Below are positions 15,180-28,500 of a DNA stretch of 64,000 bases, one piece after another (within the stretch, counting starts at the first letter, position 1; each line of letters starts with the position of its first letter). The DNA comes from Chrysomallon squamiferum (Eukaryota; Animalia; Mollusca). The stretch is taken from positions 26,350,001-26,414,000 of the forward strand of contig CM022665.1 in assembly GCA_012295275.1 (NCBI GenBank). Reading direction: 5' to 3'. Under the pieces are notes generated by a model. The model was given only the letters and a program-made list of their open reading frames with translations, made no database searches and was not told the DNA's origin. The position numbers and the translations under genes were made by a program.

Positions 15180-15549
15180 CATTCTGATATAATAGTTTCC
15201 TTCTGGCAGTGACTTGTTTTCACCAAACTGTTATTGTCATTTTAACCAGTTTTTGGTCTATTTGGCAGTGGGCCATTTTGGCTATAACTAATATACTGTA
15301 GTATGAAGTAATCTTTTGTTATGAATTGTTGTTACAGTCTAGGGTTTCAATTAGACTATAAACACTGTTCTACTGCTGTTTCTCAGCTGTTTAATTGATT
15401 TAGAAAACATTAGACATACAAAAGCTGCTTAAAGAAATATATCATGATTTATTAGGCTGATGAAAGTCACCACATAAAAAATTATGTGAACCTAGTATAC
15501 TTAATTATATCAGTAGTTTGAGATATAGTATCTGTCCTCTTAAATGTAT

Positions 15550-15665
15550 CTATTGGGCTATTTCTTGTTCAGACCAGAACTCAAAGACTTTTTAAAAAGG
15601 GATGTGCTTTCCTGTCTGTGAGAAGGTGCAAACAAAAGATAAATAGTTGCTAATCATTAAGAACA
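15550..15665 (+). mobile_element. Decayed SINE-family fragment
   Basis: attgggctatttc matches the 18209 copy. The segment atgtgctttcctgtctgtgagaaggtgca...ttgctaatc matches the fragments at ~3250, ~22340 and (reverse) ~36590. Confidence 0.55.
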
Positions 15666-16424
15666 GTCTGGGGATGCGGTAGGTATTGATAACAATCGTT
15701 CAAGTAATATGTGATTGACACTTGATAATTGTTAATATTAAATTATGTTGATTTGTTATTGAAGAAATATTACTTTGTTAATTCATCATCAATATTCTTC
15801 TCCAAGTTTTCTAGACAGGTTCATTAAATATGATATATATGTTTTTTTTATTGTGTTTTTTTCTAAAAGAAAGAAAACAAATACTATATATTTTTTTTAT
15901 CATTATCAGGAAAGGAGATTATGTTATAAAATGATATATAAAAAGTATCAAATATAAACTTTATTACCCAGTTATCAATGCTTTAATTACATATTGGTAA
16001 CACTCATATATATATATTTTTTTAATCAACAAATGTTTTGTTTTTTTCATTATAATGAAATCAGTTTCATCTTAAAGATTAATTCAATTACATTTGAAAT
16101 TTCAGATTTGCCCAGAAAATAATCCACCTCTATAAACAATAATCTTATTTAAAAGTACTTTTATTTTTCCAGTCAATATTTTATCAAGAAACACTGGTAA
16201 TTGTAAATATTTATTATACTGTAATGTTACCAAAGCGTTGTGTGTTTTTTCATCCATTCATTTGACAGTAATTGGTTGATGTTTAGTTCATTAAACCATA
16301 GTCAGATTTTTACATTTGGTCACACATATACAATGGACGTATTCTAGAATACATGTTTAGTGTTTTAATGTCACGTCATTAATTAAATAAATGGTACTTA
16401 ATTTAACCCTACGCAACAGTTTTA

Positions 16425-16630
16425 AAGGAAGAAAGAAAATGTTTTATTTAAAGACATACTCAACATATGTTTAATTTATGTGACATATAGGCTATTCTTC
16501 TTTTTTGATTTCGTAAACAAATAATATAAAAAAAAGAATAATCTGGTGGATAGCAAAGTACATATCATGACCTTTGATAAACCATTTGTAGGTCACTGTC
16601 TGGAATGGGAAATAACTTAAATGGGAGCTT
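16425..16630 (-). mobile_element. Decayed SINE-family copy, reverse orientation
   Basis: Has the tail ggaagaaagaaaatgttttatttaaagac and a reverse complement of the SINE body (ctggaatgggaaataacttaaatggg). Confidence 0.5.
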
Positions 16631-18208
16631 GGAGATGTGTTGATTCTGTGAATTTACACATTTAGTACACTCCTTATTTAATTTTTTCAACTCTACTGTT
16701 GTTTTGGTTTGATACATACTTCAGATATGTTTTATTTTCAGTGGTGATGTGTTTGTTTTAGTGATCAAACGTTTTATTTTACAAGTATTATGGCTTTGTT
16801 AAGCAGTACAGTGTTTTAGTCAGTAATATAATATTATTGTTGTTAGTTTGCTAACATTGTTTGAGATTAGGGTTACTGTATTTACATTTAACATACTGAA
16901 TTTAGTTTTGTAAAATATTTGAGTTTTATTAACACTGTGTAGCATTTTCTGACAATAATTATGCTTGAATTTAATGATATATTGGAAGTTAATAATGATG
17001 TTTTATAATTTAATAGTGTTGTATTTGAACTAAAAATCGGTGTTGCATTTGAATTCAGTGGTGCTATTGGGAGTTTTTTTAACCCAAATTACCATGTTTG
17101 AATTACAGGTTTATTTGTTGTCCATATAAAATCTTAGCATCTCCAAGGTTTATGGCATAGCCAGTATGTAAAGTACATGAAATTTAGTAGCAAAAAGCCC
17201 CCCAAAAAACAATTTTAACAGTGTTAATGGGATAAGATTGCCACCAGAAAACTGTAATTACTTTTTGAACTCAGCCTGGCATAAATATATCAGAGAAGAA
17301 CATCCAATTATATAATATTTTACTAAATTATAAAATGTGAGTAGTTAAAATTTAAAAAAGTTTGTCATGCATGGATTCTCATGTGTTAGTTTCAGTAAAC
17401 TGCCTCTGACTCATTCTTCTCTATGATCCCAGTGTTCTCAGTAATCTGCTGTGATCCGGTCTTCTTTGTAATTCGTTGTACTTTGTGATCCACTGTGCAC
17501 CATCTCCCTCTGTTATAAAAATCTAGTTTTCACCACCAAGAAATATTTACAAGTTTGAAACATATTTTCCTGTCAAATGATATTTTTGCTAATTTACTTT
17601 ATTTATTTATACAGAATAATTTGCTTCAAAGAAAAGAAAGAAAGAAAGAAAAAATTAATTTGTGCATTATAAACTTGTGTAAAAATTGTGCTTGGCTGAA
17701 ATCTTAGCAGTGTCATAATTTTGTTAGCAATTTAAAAATAAAAATTAATGACTACACTATAACTGATTTATGTACTTTGATGTTTATGAGAGAATGAAAA
17801 CTTTGCTTCTAATTAACAAGAATGACTGTAGTGGTTTTCCTCCTCATATCATCATACAAAACTACAACATCAACAACAATAAAAAAAATACCTCATAATC
17901 ATTCATAGAAATAAAAAAAAAACATGTTGAGATATGATTTAAATAAGTAAGAAGAATTGCAAAGGACAGACAATAAATCTGTCCTTGATAATTTTTATTG
18001 TTACATTTTTAATTCTTATTTTCATGTTGTGAACATGAGTTGTCTGAATGTCAGTTATGGCACGCCTGATAATTAAACACACATCTGTTTGAGTATGTTG
18101 CTGTTGCATCATGCATGATCTGGATGATAAAATCTTTTCTTGGTTAAAAGGTCAAGAAAAGAATGGACTATTTCTTTACCATTATCACAGTTGTAAGTCA
18201 AAGAATGG

Positions 18209-18360
18209 TGGAGAGCTGTAGCTCAGTGGTAAAAGTCATTTCTTACTTGAAGTGTAATAAGAACCAGGATCAAATCTTCTTAGTAACACCATTGGGCTAT
18301 TTCCCAATACAAATAGTACCCTGCAGGGTTTTTTCAAAGGGCATATTGTATGTGCTTTTA
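18209..18360 (+). mobile_element. tRNA-derived SINE head (decayed)
   Basis: A-box-like tagctcagtggta, degenerate B-box ggatcaaatc, then ccattgggctatttc shared with other copies. No intact tRNA cloverleaf. Confidence 0.6.
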
Positions 18361-21300
18361 TAGTGAACATTTATAACATATTCATTTTCTAATTACTTTA
18401 GGTTAATTTTGGTGTTTGAAGATTACCCCCTCCCCATAAAAAACAAAGTAAAATAAAATGCTTATGTTACACTTGTTCAGTCCTATTTGCTAACACATTT
18501 TGAAAATACTTTCACATTTGAATAATTCAGTTTTAAATGGTGTTAGCAGGGCTAACTCCACAATAACCTAATTCAATAATCATATCAGTATAAATTTATT
18601 TCCTATTTTAACATTCATTCATTTTTTGTTGTTGTTGTTGTTTGTTGTGTTTTTGGTGTGTGTGTTTTTTTTTAATGGTCTATTTTTAAAACACTTTACA
18701 AGATTATATTGCTCTTCAGACCACTTCTGTTCAAATGGATGTGGCAAGTAAGAGAAAATTAATCATCACATATCATGCGGTATGTTCTTGTGGTTTTTTT
18801 CAGACACAGTGTAAATTAAAGAATCAATCATGAGAGATATCTTGCTCCCTGCTGAAGTAGATTTTATTATGATTGCAGGTTTTCTCACTTAATTGTGATT
18901 GAACCGTGAACAAAAATGGTATTTTCTGGATATTGAGAACAGTTATATTTGCTTTCTGCAAATTGTTGTTCATAAAAGAGAAATGGAAATTTCTGAAATA
19001 ACTCAATAGGACCAATTCCACAGGTTGACTGAAAAGTCATTCTCTTTATTCAAAACTGTGTATCCTTTTTTTTTTTACAGGGGTGGGTTAAAGAAGTTTA
19101 TAGGATTATTATACATATATATTGATAAATCTACATGCCAGTAATAAGCATTATGCCCTACCCAAGTGATTTGAAAAATATGCCAAACAAACTAACATGC
19201 TTCAGAATGTTCATTTTCTAATACAGGAAATAAAAAGGCATAATTTTTTTTATTAAAATTAAATCTTATATTATGCAAACTGGACATAATGTAATCCATG
19301 TACCCTAAGTTAGCTGGTTCAAATCCTTTCATAGGAAGTCTAATGACCAGTAAAAAGAAATTATTCCATTTTGAAATATATAAATCAGAAAGTTGATTAA
19401 ATAGAACATGTATTACACAGACCAAAATTTTTTGGCCTTTGACAGATATAATTAAGTTCTGATAAAAGCAGTTTTAAATTTGGTCCCAACTTATGGAGTC
19501 AGTATATTTCAAGAAATGACATTTTACAGATTTTGGTTATTGAGCTTTAAACAAACAAAATAAATAATATTGTTCAGTAAATTTGTAAGAAGTGCCATTC
19601 TCAGATAGATATATTTTATTACAGAGAAAACATTTTGTGATTAACATCAATGTATTGATACCTAACATCAGTGGGAAATGAATATAATAATTTGTAAAAA
19701 AAATTCATTTGTGTAAAAAAAAAACACAATCTGTCTTTTACAGACACCATTAATTTCACACCTAAAGCACATGAATGTCTCTTAAAAAAAACCCTGAAAC
19801 TGCTTAAATGATATTTAATAAATGTTACACAATTTATCTTATGAGCTGAAAAAAAAAAAAAAAAAAAAAAAAAAGAAGCAATAAAACAACATAACAAAAA
19901 CAAAAAAAAAAAGTAAATAAATAATAATAATACAAAATTTATAATATATACTCTATAATATCAAGTGTTCAGGTGCATTTGACATTTGAATAAAAACATT
20001 TTTATCAGTTAAATAAAAAAAGGGATAAACAAGTGAGAAGTTCCACAATTTCTCAACTGACAATGGGACAATAAAACTTTCAACACTGTGCTATAATTAC
20101 TGTTATATCCATTGTAAAATTTGCAGGTATTGGTTTCATTTCTAAAGAACTGTGGTATTCACTGAGGTTTGATTCTCATTAATATCACAACAGGCAGGAA
20201 GGATTCAACAATTAAATAATCATTATTGTGGCCCTGTGGCTTTTGTTTGTGGTAGCTTGCCTGTTGACGTAACTGTCTTTATACTGGACCAGGGCTTGTC
20301 ACACAATCCTTTTACTTTTTTTTCTTTTTTTTTAAATACAAACAATAGGGACTAATAATAGCACTTAAATGGATTGTTCCTTTTCGTGCTTGTATTGTTT
20401 CTCATTGGACACAGCTGAGTAGGAAATGACAGATTTAGTCATTATTTTGGGATATACTCAGCTTGAAGTATTTCATGCTCCACAAAGCATGGGTATGTAT
20501 GCATAAACTCTAAGGAATTCAGTGACTGAAATGAAAATTTGGAGATTTTTTTCATTTGTAACACAACTGCTGGAAACAGACTGTGAAATTTGCCTGATCT
20601 GGACTTTTTCCAGATTAAAATTTATTATACTTTTCTTTATCTTGGATGAGTAACAAGAACGATGTAAAAAAAAAAAAAAGAAAAAAAAAAACAGGAGTAA
20701 AAAAATCTAAACTTGTATCAGTGAATTAACAGGCTTAAACATTTGTTTGGAGATTGGATTCTCATTTGACTATCGTGGTTATGTAAGCAAGGTTTTGATA
20801 CTAGATTGCACACAGTCGGCTACCTGCAGTATGTATGATAAAAAGTTAAAACAAATTTTATTTTCTTCTCTCCTCAGTGTTTTGTTGTTATTAGACAGCT
20901 TCCCTTTTACCATCTGTTTTCTTTCAGAACTTGCGTAATCATAGCTACTTCAGAAATGGAACAATTTTTAAATATCCATATGGGTTGCTGTTTTTATTAC
21001 TGTTATTGTTATTATTACTGTTATGGTTATCATTAGTGTCACTTTTATTATAATCATTAATTCTTATTATTATTATAATTATCACATTTTTAATTCAGAT
21101 TGTAATATTATTTATCTCGATGTATTGATCAGGTAGGTTATTTTTACAGCAACTTAAATATTAAAAACCCATTGCTATTGCATTTAAAAAAATAATAATA
21201 ATAAAATGAAAGTTTAAGACAACAACAACAAAAAAACAACATTTAAATGAAAAATAAAATAAAATAAAACTCCTAGCAACTCTCCAAACCCCTCCTGAGT

Positions 21301-22329
21301 AAAGAAAAATGAAACTCAAGAGAGTTACAACAATAATAAGAAACAACAGAAGTCAACGTGCACTGAGCTTTTGTTTTCTGAAATGTTGTTAGTGTAGTTT
21401 TACAACATCCTCTCACAGAAATAAACATATCTGAAATGGGATTAAACAGCAGGGTTAAATTTCTTCTTTTTTTCTTATAGTCTTTATCTTATTATGTATT
21501 TTAAAATTAAGATAAACAAGAAATAAAATGTGTGTTTATAGATTGTTTATCATATTAAAATACATTTCTCATTTCTAACCTAATAAATAAAATACAAACA
21601 TGACAGCCATTTTAGTTTTCTTCAGGCAGGTTAAATATATTTTCTTAACTTGAAAATCATTTGTTTTATTTTTACACCTCAGTCTTTGCAAATGGCAAAA
21701 TAATATAATAAAACGAACAAACTTTTCCTCAACAAGAAAATCAAGGTGAGGCACAGAAGTTAAATATTGTCCTATTTTTAATGTTATTTCTTAGTCAGAC
21801 TTCTTTCTACACTCTATACAAAATGATATCATTATATTATTCTAAAATTTTCTGAGGTTTTCTTTCTTTCTTTGGGTACATCAGGTAGTTAAGGATATTG
21901 CAGCATTTATTCTCAACTTCATGTTGAAAGAAGATCAAATGTGGATAGGAAATTAGAATCTTGTTCAGTATATAAAAATATTTAGGTACTTCAGGCAGTA
22001 TTATCAGATCTACTTATCAAAGTGTACTTGTTGGGGAGTTTTCCTATTCATTTAAAATTTACACACAACCTGTTTCAAAGGCTGTGGTATTTATTGTCCA
22101 GTTATTGAGAAAGTAAGTATATATAAAAGACCTATTGTAAGTTTGTGGATCTAGAGTACAGCATGTTTGTGTTACTAATGAGATGGACTGGTTTTCACTG
22201 AAGTGTTAATTCTTTTAGCCAGTCTGGAAATGATGGCAGACTTTTTACGGACACTAGTTTGTTCACAAATACCACACATAAATGCTGTGTTTCAGTTGTA
22301 TGTTATTTGCAAGCAGTTCTCTGTGACAT

Positions 22330-22420
22330 GTTTATTAAAGGTAGTGGTATGTGTGCTCTCATGTCTATGGGAAAGCACAAAATATGCCTTGCTGCTAATT
22401 AATAAGCATAACCCTTGAAT
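22330..22420 (+). mobile_element. Decayed SINE-family body fragment
   Basis: aaaggtagtggtatgtgtgctctcatgtctatgggaaagcac...ccttgctgctaatt matches ~3250-3310 and the reverse copy at ~36590-36670. Confidence 0.5.
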
Positions 22421-24799
22421 GATACCAAGAATCTTCCTCCCATGTTATCTCCATAAAAAAATAATAAACAAATATGTTTCATATATAATAACCAGTAATA
22501 ATACAAAACAAAATGGCTTCATTTAAAACAAAATATTCATTTTTGTATTTGCCAGTAGTTAAATCTTTTTATAATTTTCAGAACTATTAAAATTGTGAAA
22601 AATAGTGCATCATTTAATCCACACACAAGTAATATTAATGACATTAGATAAGTAATGAAATTTTGTTTTAAAACAAGTACCTTTAAGATATTATGAAAGT
22701 GTTCAAATTTGTAAACTAAAAGAAATGACATTAAAATGCTAGGCATTGCTGATGTATTAAAGATAAGGAAATATTGAAATAAAAAACTATGTCAAGGAAG
22801 TATTAAAGACTTTTAAACAAGGGAAGTAATATTAAACACATTACAGAACTGTTATATGTTAAGTAGTTATGACAGGAGCATTCAGGTATGAGCACTTCCT
22901 GTTGGGTCTCACACCAGTGATAAATAAACATGTTAAAGCTGCTGGTGTTTTCCTACAAATCCCTGACTTGGCAGAATGGTAATAAAAAAAGAAGAAGAAA
23001 AGAAGCCTTCTGCTTTTCATGTCTCTGACACTTGTATGGGAAATTGACTGACACCAGTCACTGATAAGCAGGTAGCTACAGACATTCAAAAAAATCATCT
23101 CTTTGTTTAGACCTCATTCATATGAAGAACTGGAAACTAAACAATTCTGGTGTTTTTGATTGATATCTGTTGAAGAAAAAACACATTATCTGAGTTGCTT
23201 TTTTTTCTAAAGAAACTTTCACATTGTTGAAGGTATAATGTGAACTTGCCTGAAGGATGCATGCCACAGATAACAAGATGAAAAGATTTGACATTGTTTC
23301 ACTGACAACAGGCTCATTAAATTAAATCTCGTAGATATACCTCTGCTAAGCATATCTTTTACAGTATCTTCGTATGATTTAACTTTCTTATTTTCACACC
23401 ATCATGTGCTTGACTGGTTAGAGAAATGTTTTAACATGCAAATCTGATTAAGTTATTAGGTAAGACGTTTATCAGTGTATCACATGAATGTAACACTGGA
23501 GCTGTTATCTTCAAGGAAGGAGTGGACTGTAGTGTACAGAATGCTGGCATAGTTTGCAAGATCAATCCTATTCAGTGTACATGTTGAATATTTCCCATTC
23601 ATGCTGTGCTGCACGATATGTAATATCCTGCTTGATATAAAAAAATTGCTTGATATTTATGAAATATGTATACTGGGTTTCACATAAAGATTTTGGTCAT
23701 GTCAGAAATACTATACACATAAAATAGCTGAGGATAGTAAATTAATCACATTAGTGTTATCTTAAAGGCAACAAACTTTAATTTTATCAGCCTAAGACTT
23801 CTGTTAGAATATTACAGTGAAGAGTTTAATCTACCATTTACTTGGGGAAAATACTGTATTCTCATTGACTAACTAGTGAATTTAAAAGTAAAGAATCTAT
23901 GATTACCAATTACTGATTTAGTGAGGCTAATATACTTGTGTAGGAATATCATTCATTGTTTATAAAATGATACAGATATCTCTCAACTTAGCCTCATGTT
24001 TGGCATTTAGTTAGTGTTTTAATTTCACATACACCATTGTATTTAGATACTGACCAAATTAATTTTCATTGACATAGTTCATCTGAGTTGAAAATAATGT
24101 TAGTTACATATTTGTGGTATTTTAATTTTTAGCATATCATACTCAGGTTGGGAATCCATATATCCAGTGTACCAAAATGACATTGATATGACACAAACTG
24201 TGCTAATGAAATTCTTTTATTCTGAATCCATTAACATGAAATGATACCAACACAACACTGAAACCAGTTTTGGTTCGTGAAGCAATTTTTTCATGTCAAT
24301 GTATTAGGTACTAAATCCTCCAAAACATTTAAAAAATAAAAAACGTTGGTTTCATGATAATGTATTAGGTCTCGAACCCCAAAATAGATTTAAAAAATAA
24401 AAAATAAAAAATAAAAATACAAATAATAAAATGAAAACAATAATAAAGAATTCATAAAAGTTTATGATTAAATTTAAGATAAAATAACTTTGTACAGTGA
24501 TGCACAACTTTTATATACATGTATATAAAAAAATAACCCACCCTCTAAAATGTTTAGTTCAGTTCACTATCACCTACCACAAAAATGAAACCAAAACAGG
24601 TTCATCTCTAAACCAATATGTGAATAGTTTTTTGTTTCTAAGGGCTTTGTAACTGTAAGAAAATTATCCTATCTGTGTTATTCCTTCTGCACACTCATTA
24701 ACAGTAAATAAAAAAATTATTTGGTAATTTAAAACTTTTTATTAGTGTCATGCTAAACCTTGCTAAGTTGTCGAAATATGTTATTATTTATTTATTAAT

Positions 24800-24861
24800 T
24801 TGTTATGCCTCTTACTGTTATTATTATTATTACTGTTATTTTTGTTATTATTGTTAAATTT

Positions 24862-24892
<31 letters not shown>

Positions 24893-24940
24893 ACTTCTTC
24901 TTCTTCTTCTTCTTCTTATTATTATTATTATTGCTGTTAA
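24800..24940. repeat. Compound (TTA)(TTG)(TTC) microsatellite
   Basis: Seen directly. Confidence 0.9.
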
Positions 24941-25290
24941 CATCATTATTTACAAATTTTATTGCTATTTTTCCCCCACAACTTCTGAACAATAATATTT
25001 CAGATGCTCAACACATAATAAAATAATAAGTACAATAGGCTGAAATAAAAGTTGCATGACAGAAATTTGATAATGATATTCTTTATCACCTATTTGTAAT
25101 TTTATACTCTATTATGATTTAAAGTTGCTGACTTTGATAAGTAACTTTTTTCTCTCTCCTTTTCTCTTCTTTTTTTTCTTCTGATATGCAGATGCAGTTA
25201 TATATTTAGAGAGTGGTGATATCTGTTTGGTAGAATTATTTAAGTTAAAAAGCAAGCTAGTTCAGAAGAAGATTAAAAAATAATAATAAT

Positions 25291-25322
<32 letters not shown>

Positions 25323-25576
25323 TGACTGGAACCAGGTGTTATATATTATTTTATTATTATTGCTGATGTTACTTAGAAATGTGAAAGAAAAAAATCAACC
25401 TTAGTTACAAAATAAGTATTGTGTGGCTGTTGTTTTAATTATTAAAAAAAAAAAAAATATCTGCATCAAATTAATTGTGTGTAATAATTAATTTTTGTTC
25501 TTGTTTACTTGCAGATGCAGCACCACATACCAGTCTTTTGTGTTGGACTGGGTTGAGATGTTGACTTTTTTCCTGT

Positions 25577-28500
25577 ATGGTAAAATTGACTACTACTAGG
25601 ATGAAGTTCTGGCAGCGTTTGGTCATCCTGTGCAGTTCAGCTTTCCTCATGCTGACTGTCATGTACTTCTACATGAATGACCAGATCCGAAGTCATGTCA
25701 GCCGAGCACGTCTTGTAGAATCTCATCTGTGGCCTCTTGGAGCAGAGACAATCTCCCTGGAGAACAATGCAGAGATGTGTCACTTCAAGATCACAGCAAA
25801 TTCTCACCCAAACATTTCCACTTACGATCTGTACCAGACATCCACTTTCAATGTCAATCCAGATGGTTCGTATGAAATGCCAAGTCCACCTCCTGATTAC
25901 CCAAACAAATCAGAGAGAGACTTGGAGCCACTGACAGTGATAATAATGCCTCATTCTCACCAGGATCCAGGATGGTTGAAGACAGTTGATGAGTACTATG
26001 TTGACCAGACAAAACACATCCTGACTAACATGGTCAACAAACTAACAGAATATCCCAACATGACCTTTGTCATGGCTGAAACTGTCTTCTTCAGCATGTG
26101 GTGGAATGAGCTGGAAGATGCAGTCAAAGTTCATGTCCGCCGACTAGTTAGACGAGGACAGCTGGAGATTGTGCTGGGTGGATGGGTAATGCCTGATGAA
26201 GCTTCTACACACTATGTCTCTGTTATAGACCAGCTTGTTGAAGGACATCAGTGGATGTGGGAAAACCTTGGCGTGAAGCCAGAAAACAGCTGGTCTATTG
26301 ATCCATTTGGATACTCTGGCACCATGCCTTACCTGTGGAAGAAAGCAGGAATGGACAATATGGTTATTCAAAGAGTTCATCAGTCCATCAAGGGATCCTT
26401 GATAGCACAGCAGAGTTTGGAATTCAACTGGCGCCAAGCTTGGGATTCAAAAGGAACCACTGATATTCAGTGCCATGTCATGCCTTACATGCTGTACAGC
26501 ATCAAATTCACTTGTGGTCCAAACAAATACATTTGTCTGATGTTTGACTTCAGGAGTATAGCAAATGAATATTCAGAAAGCAGATCTAAAATAATCACAA
26601 AACAAAATATAGAAAAGCAAGCAAAATATCTTTATGAGCAGTACAGACGAAAGTCTTATCTGTATAAATATAATACAATCCTGGTTCCACTGGGGGATGA
26701 TTTCCGCTATGATTATGAAGTGGAATGGGACCAACAGTATAACAATTATGCTACATTAATGAAATATATGAATTCTAGAAAAGACTGGAAAATAAAAGTT
26801 AAATTTGGAACCTTAAAAGAATATTTCAGTTTAATGGGAAAATCAAAGTCCTATAAAAAAATATATGAACATGACAAGGGTTTGCCAGTGCTGAGTGGCG
26901 ACTTTTTTCCTTACTCTGACCAGAACAGCGAATACTGGAGTGGCTACTTCACCACTCGTCCTTTTGACAAGAAATTTTCCAGGGATCTACAACAGCACAT
27001 TCATGCAGCAGACATCTTGAACACCTTAGCATATGCATATTTCAAAAAGTGGGAAATGCACAATCAGGCTCGCTTCTTTAAGTATTCATCCTTCCTGCAG
27101 CAGGCACGGCGAAGCCAGGGTCTTTTCTTACATCACGATGCCATCACAGGAACATCCAAAGATTATGTTGTTAAAGACTATGAAGGTCGGCTTGCACGTG
27201 CTTACAATGCCACTGAACATGTAATGGCAATGGCTATACAAGCCCTCCTCAGCAAAGGCAAAGTTGAGAATCCTCTTATCTTCAAGCCAGAAACAGTGAG
27301 ACCAAATTTCAATGAGCAGCCAGTGAAGCAGGTTCTGATAGTGAAGGAATCAGGAACTACAGTTGTTTTCTTCAACCCTTTAGCACAATACAGACAAGAA
27401 GTGGTACGAGTGCTGTCTGACACAGATCACATTATTGTGAAAAATGACAGAAATAAAGTGATTCCTTGTCAGATCAATCCAGTGTGGGAAGACAAAACAA
27501 CAGTCAGTGGAGCCTCTTATGAAATAGTTTTTATAGTGGAACTGTCTCCATTTGGAATAGCTCCTTACATCTTATTAAAGGTGATTTCTATTGACTGGAA
27601 CCAGGTGTTTCCAGCAAAAATTTCCATGTTCAATACAGCTGAACTTATTGTTCCTCCAGAGGCTTCATTTCTTCAGACAAGACCAAAGAAGCAGCCTTTG
27701 AAGCCAATAGAATTGGAGAATGATAACTACAAGCTGCTATTTGAGCCAGGAACAGGAAGTTTAATTGAAGTCATCAATAAAGTGACAGGAAACAAAACTG
27801 TAATAAATTTAGAAATCTTAGCTTACAAATCACAAGGTAGTGGTGCCTACCTATTTTATCCTGCTGGTGAAGCAAAACCAGATTTTTATCATGGCATTCC
27901 AGTGATCCGTGTCATAGAGGGACCCATACTATCACAGATTCAGGTGATTTTTAAACCCGTCTTGATCCATACTGTGTTTGTGTATAACCACCCCCCACAA
28001 CAGGCAGCAGGTATTTTCATATCCAACAACCTCAACATGAGAGCATTCAGAGAGAAGGAGATAATCATGAGAATGAGGACCAGTATAAACAACAAAGATG
28101 TTTCATACTTCACTGATCAGAATGGGTTCCAACTGATCAGAAGAAAGACAAATAACAACTTGAGAACTGAAGCAAATTATTATCCAATGACTTCCATGGG
28201 CATATTGGAGGATGACAGTCAAAGGTTGACCCTGCATGCAGGTCAGTCTCATGGTGTGGCTGGGTTGAAATCTGGTTGGTTTGAGGTCATGTTAGACCGA
28301 CAAACCATATATGATGACAACAGAGGCCTGGGTGAAAGCATCGAGGACATCAAACCAGTAACTAGTGACTTTGTCCTCCTTCTTGAGGACAGAAAAGAAA
28401 CAGATCACCAAAACCATTTACTCTATGCACTTCCATCATTGCTCAGTTTGTCTGTTGGAGATTTCCTTCAGACTCCAATTGTGACATACTATACCCAGTT

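Noticed and set aside
18209-18290. tRNA gene
   Set aside because: An A-box is present but the B-box is degenerate, there is no cloverleaf, and the sequence continues into a SINE body.
1173-25026. Many 60-105 aa ORFs in the first 25 kb (poly-Leu, CV/HT repeats, poly-Phe/Lys)
   Set aside because: They are translations of microsatellites and AT-rich low-complexity DNA, with no domain motifs or consistent splice structure.
25737-27423. Alternate-frame and antisense ORFs overlapping the mannosidase CDS
   Set aside because: These are short shadow ORFs expected within a long CDS.
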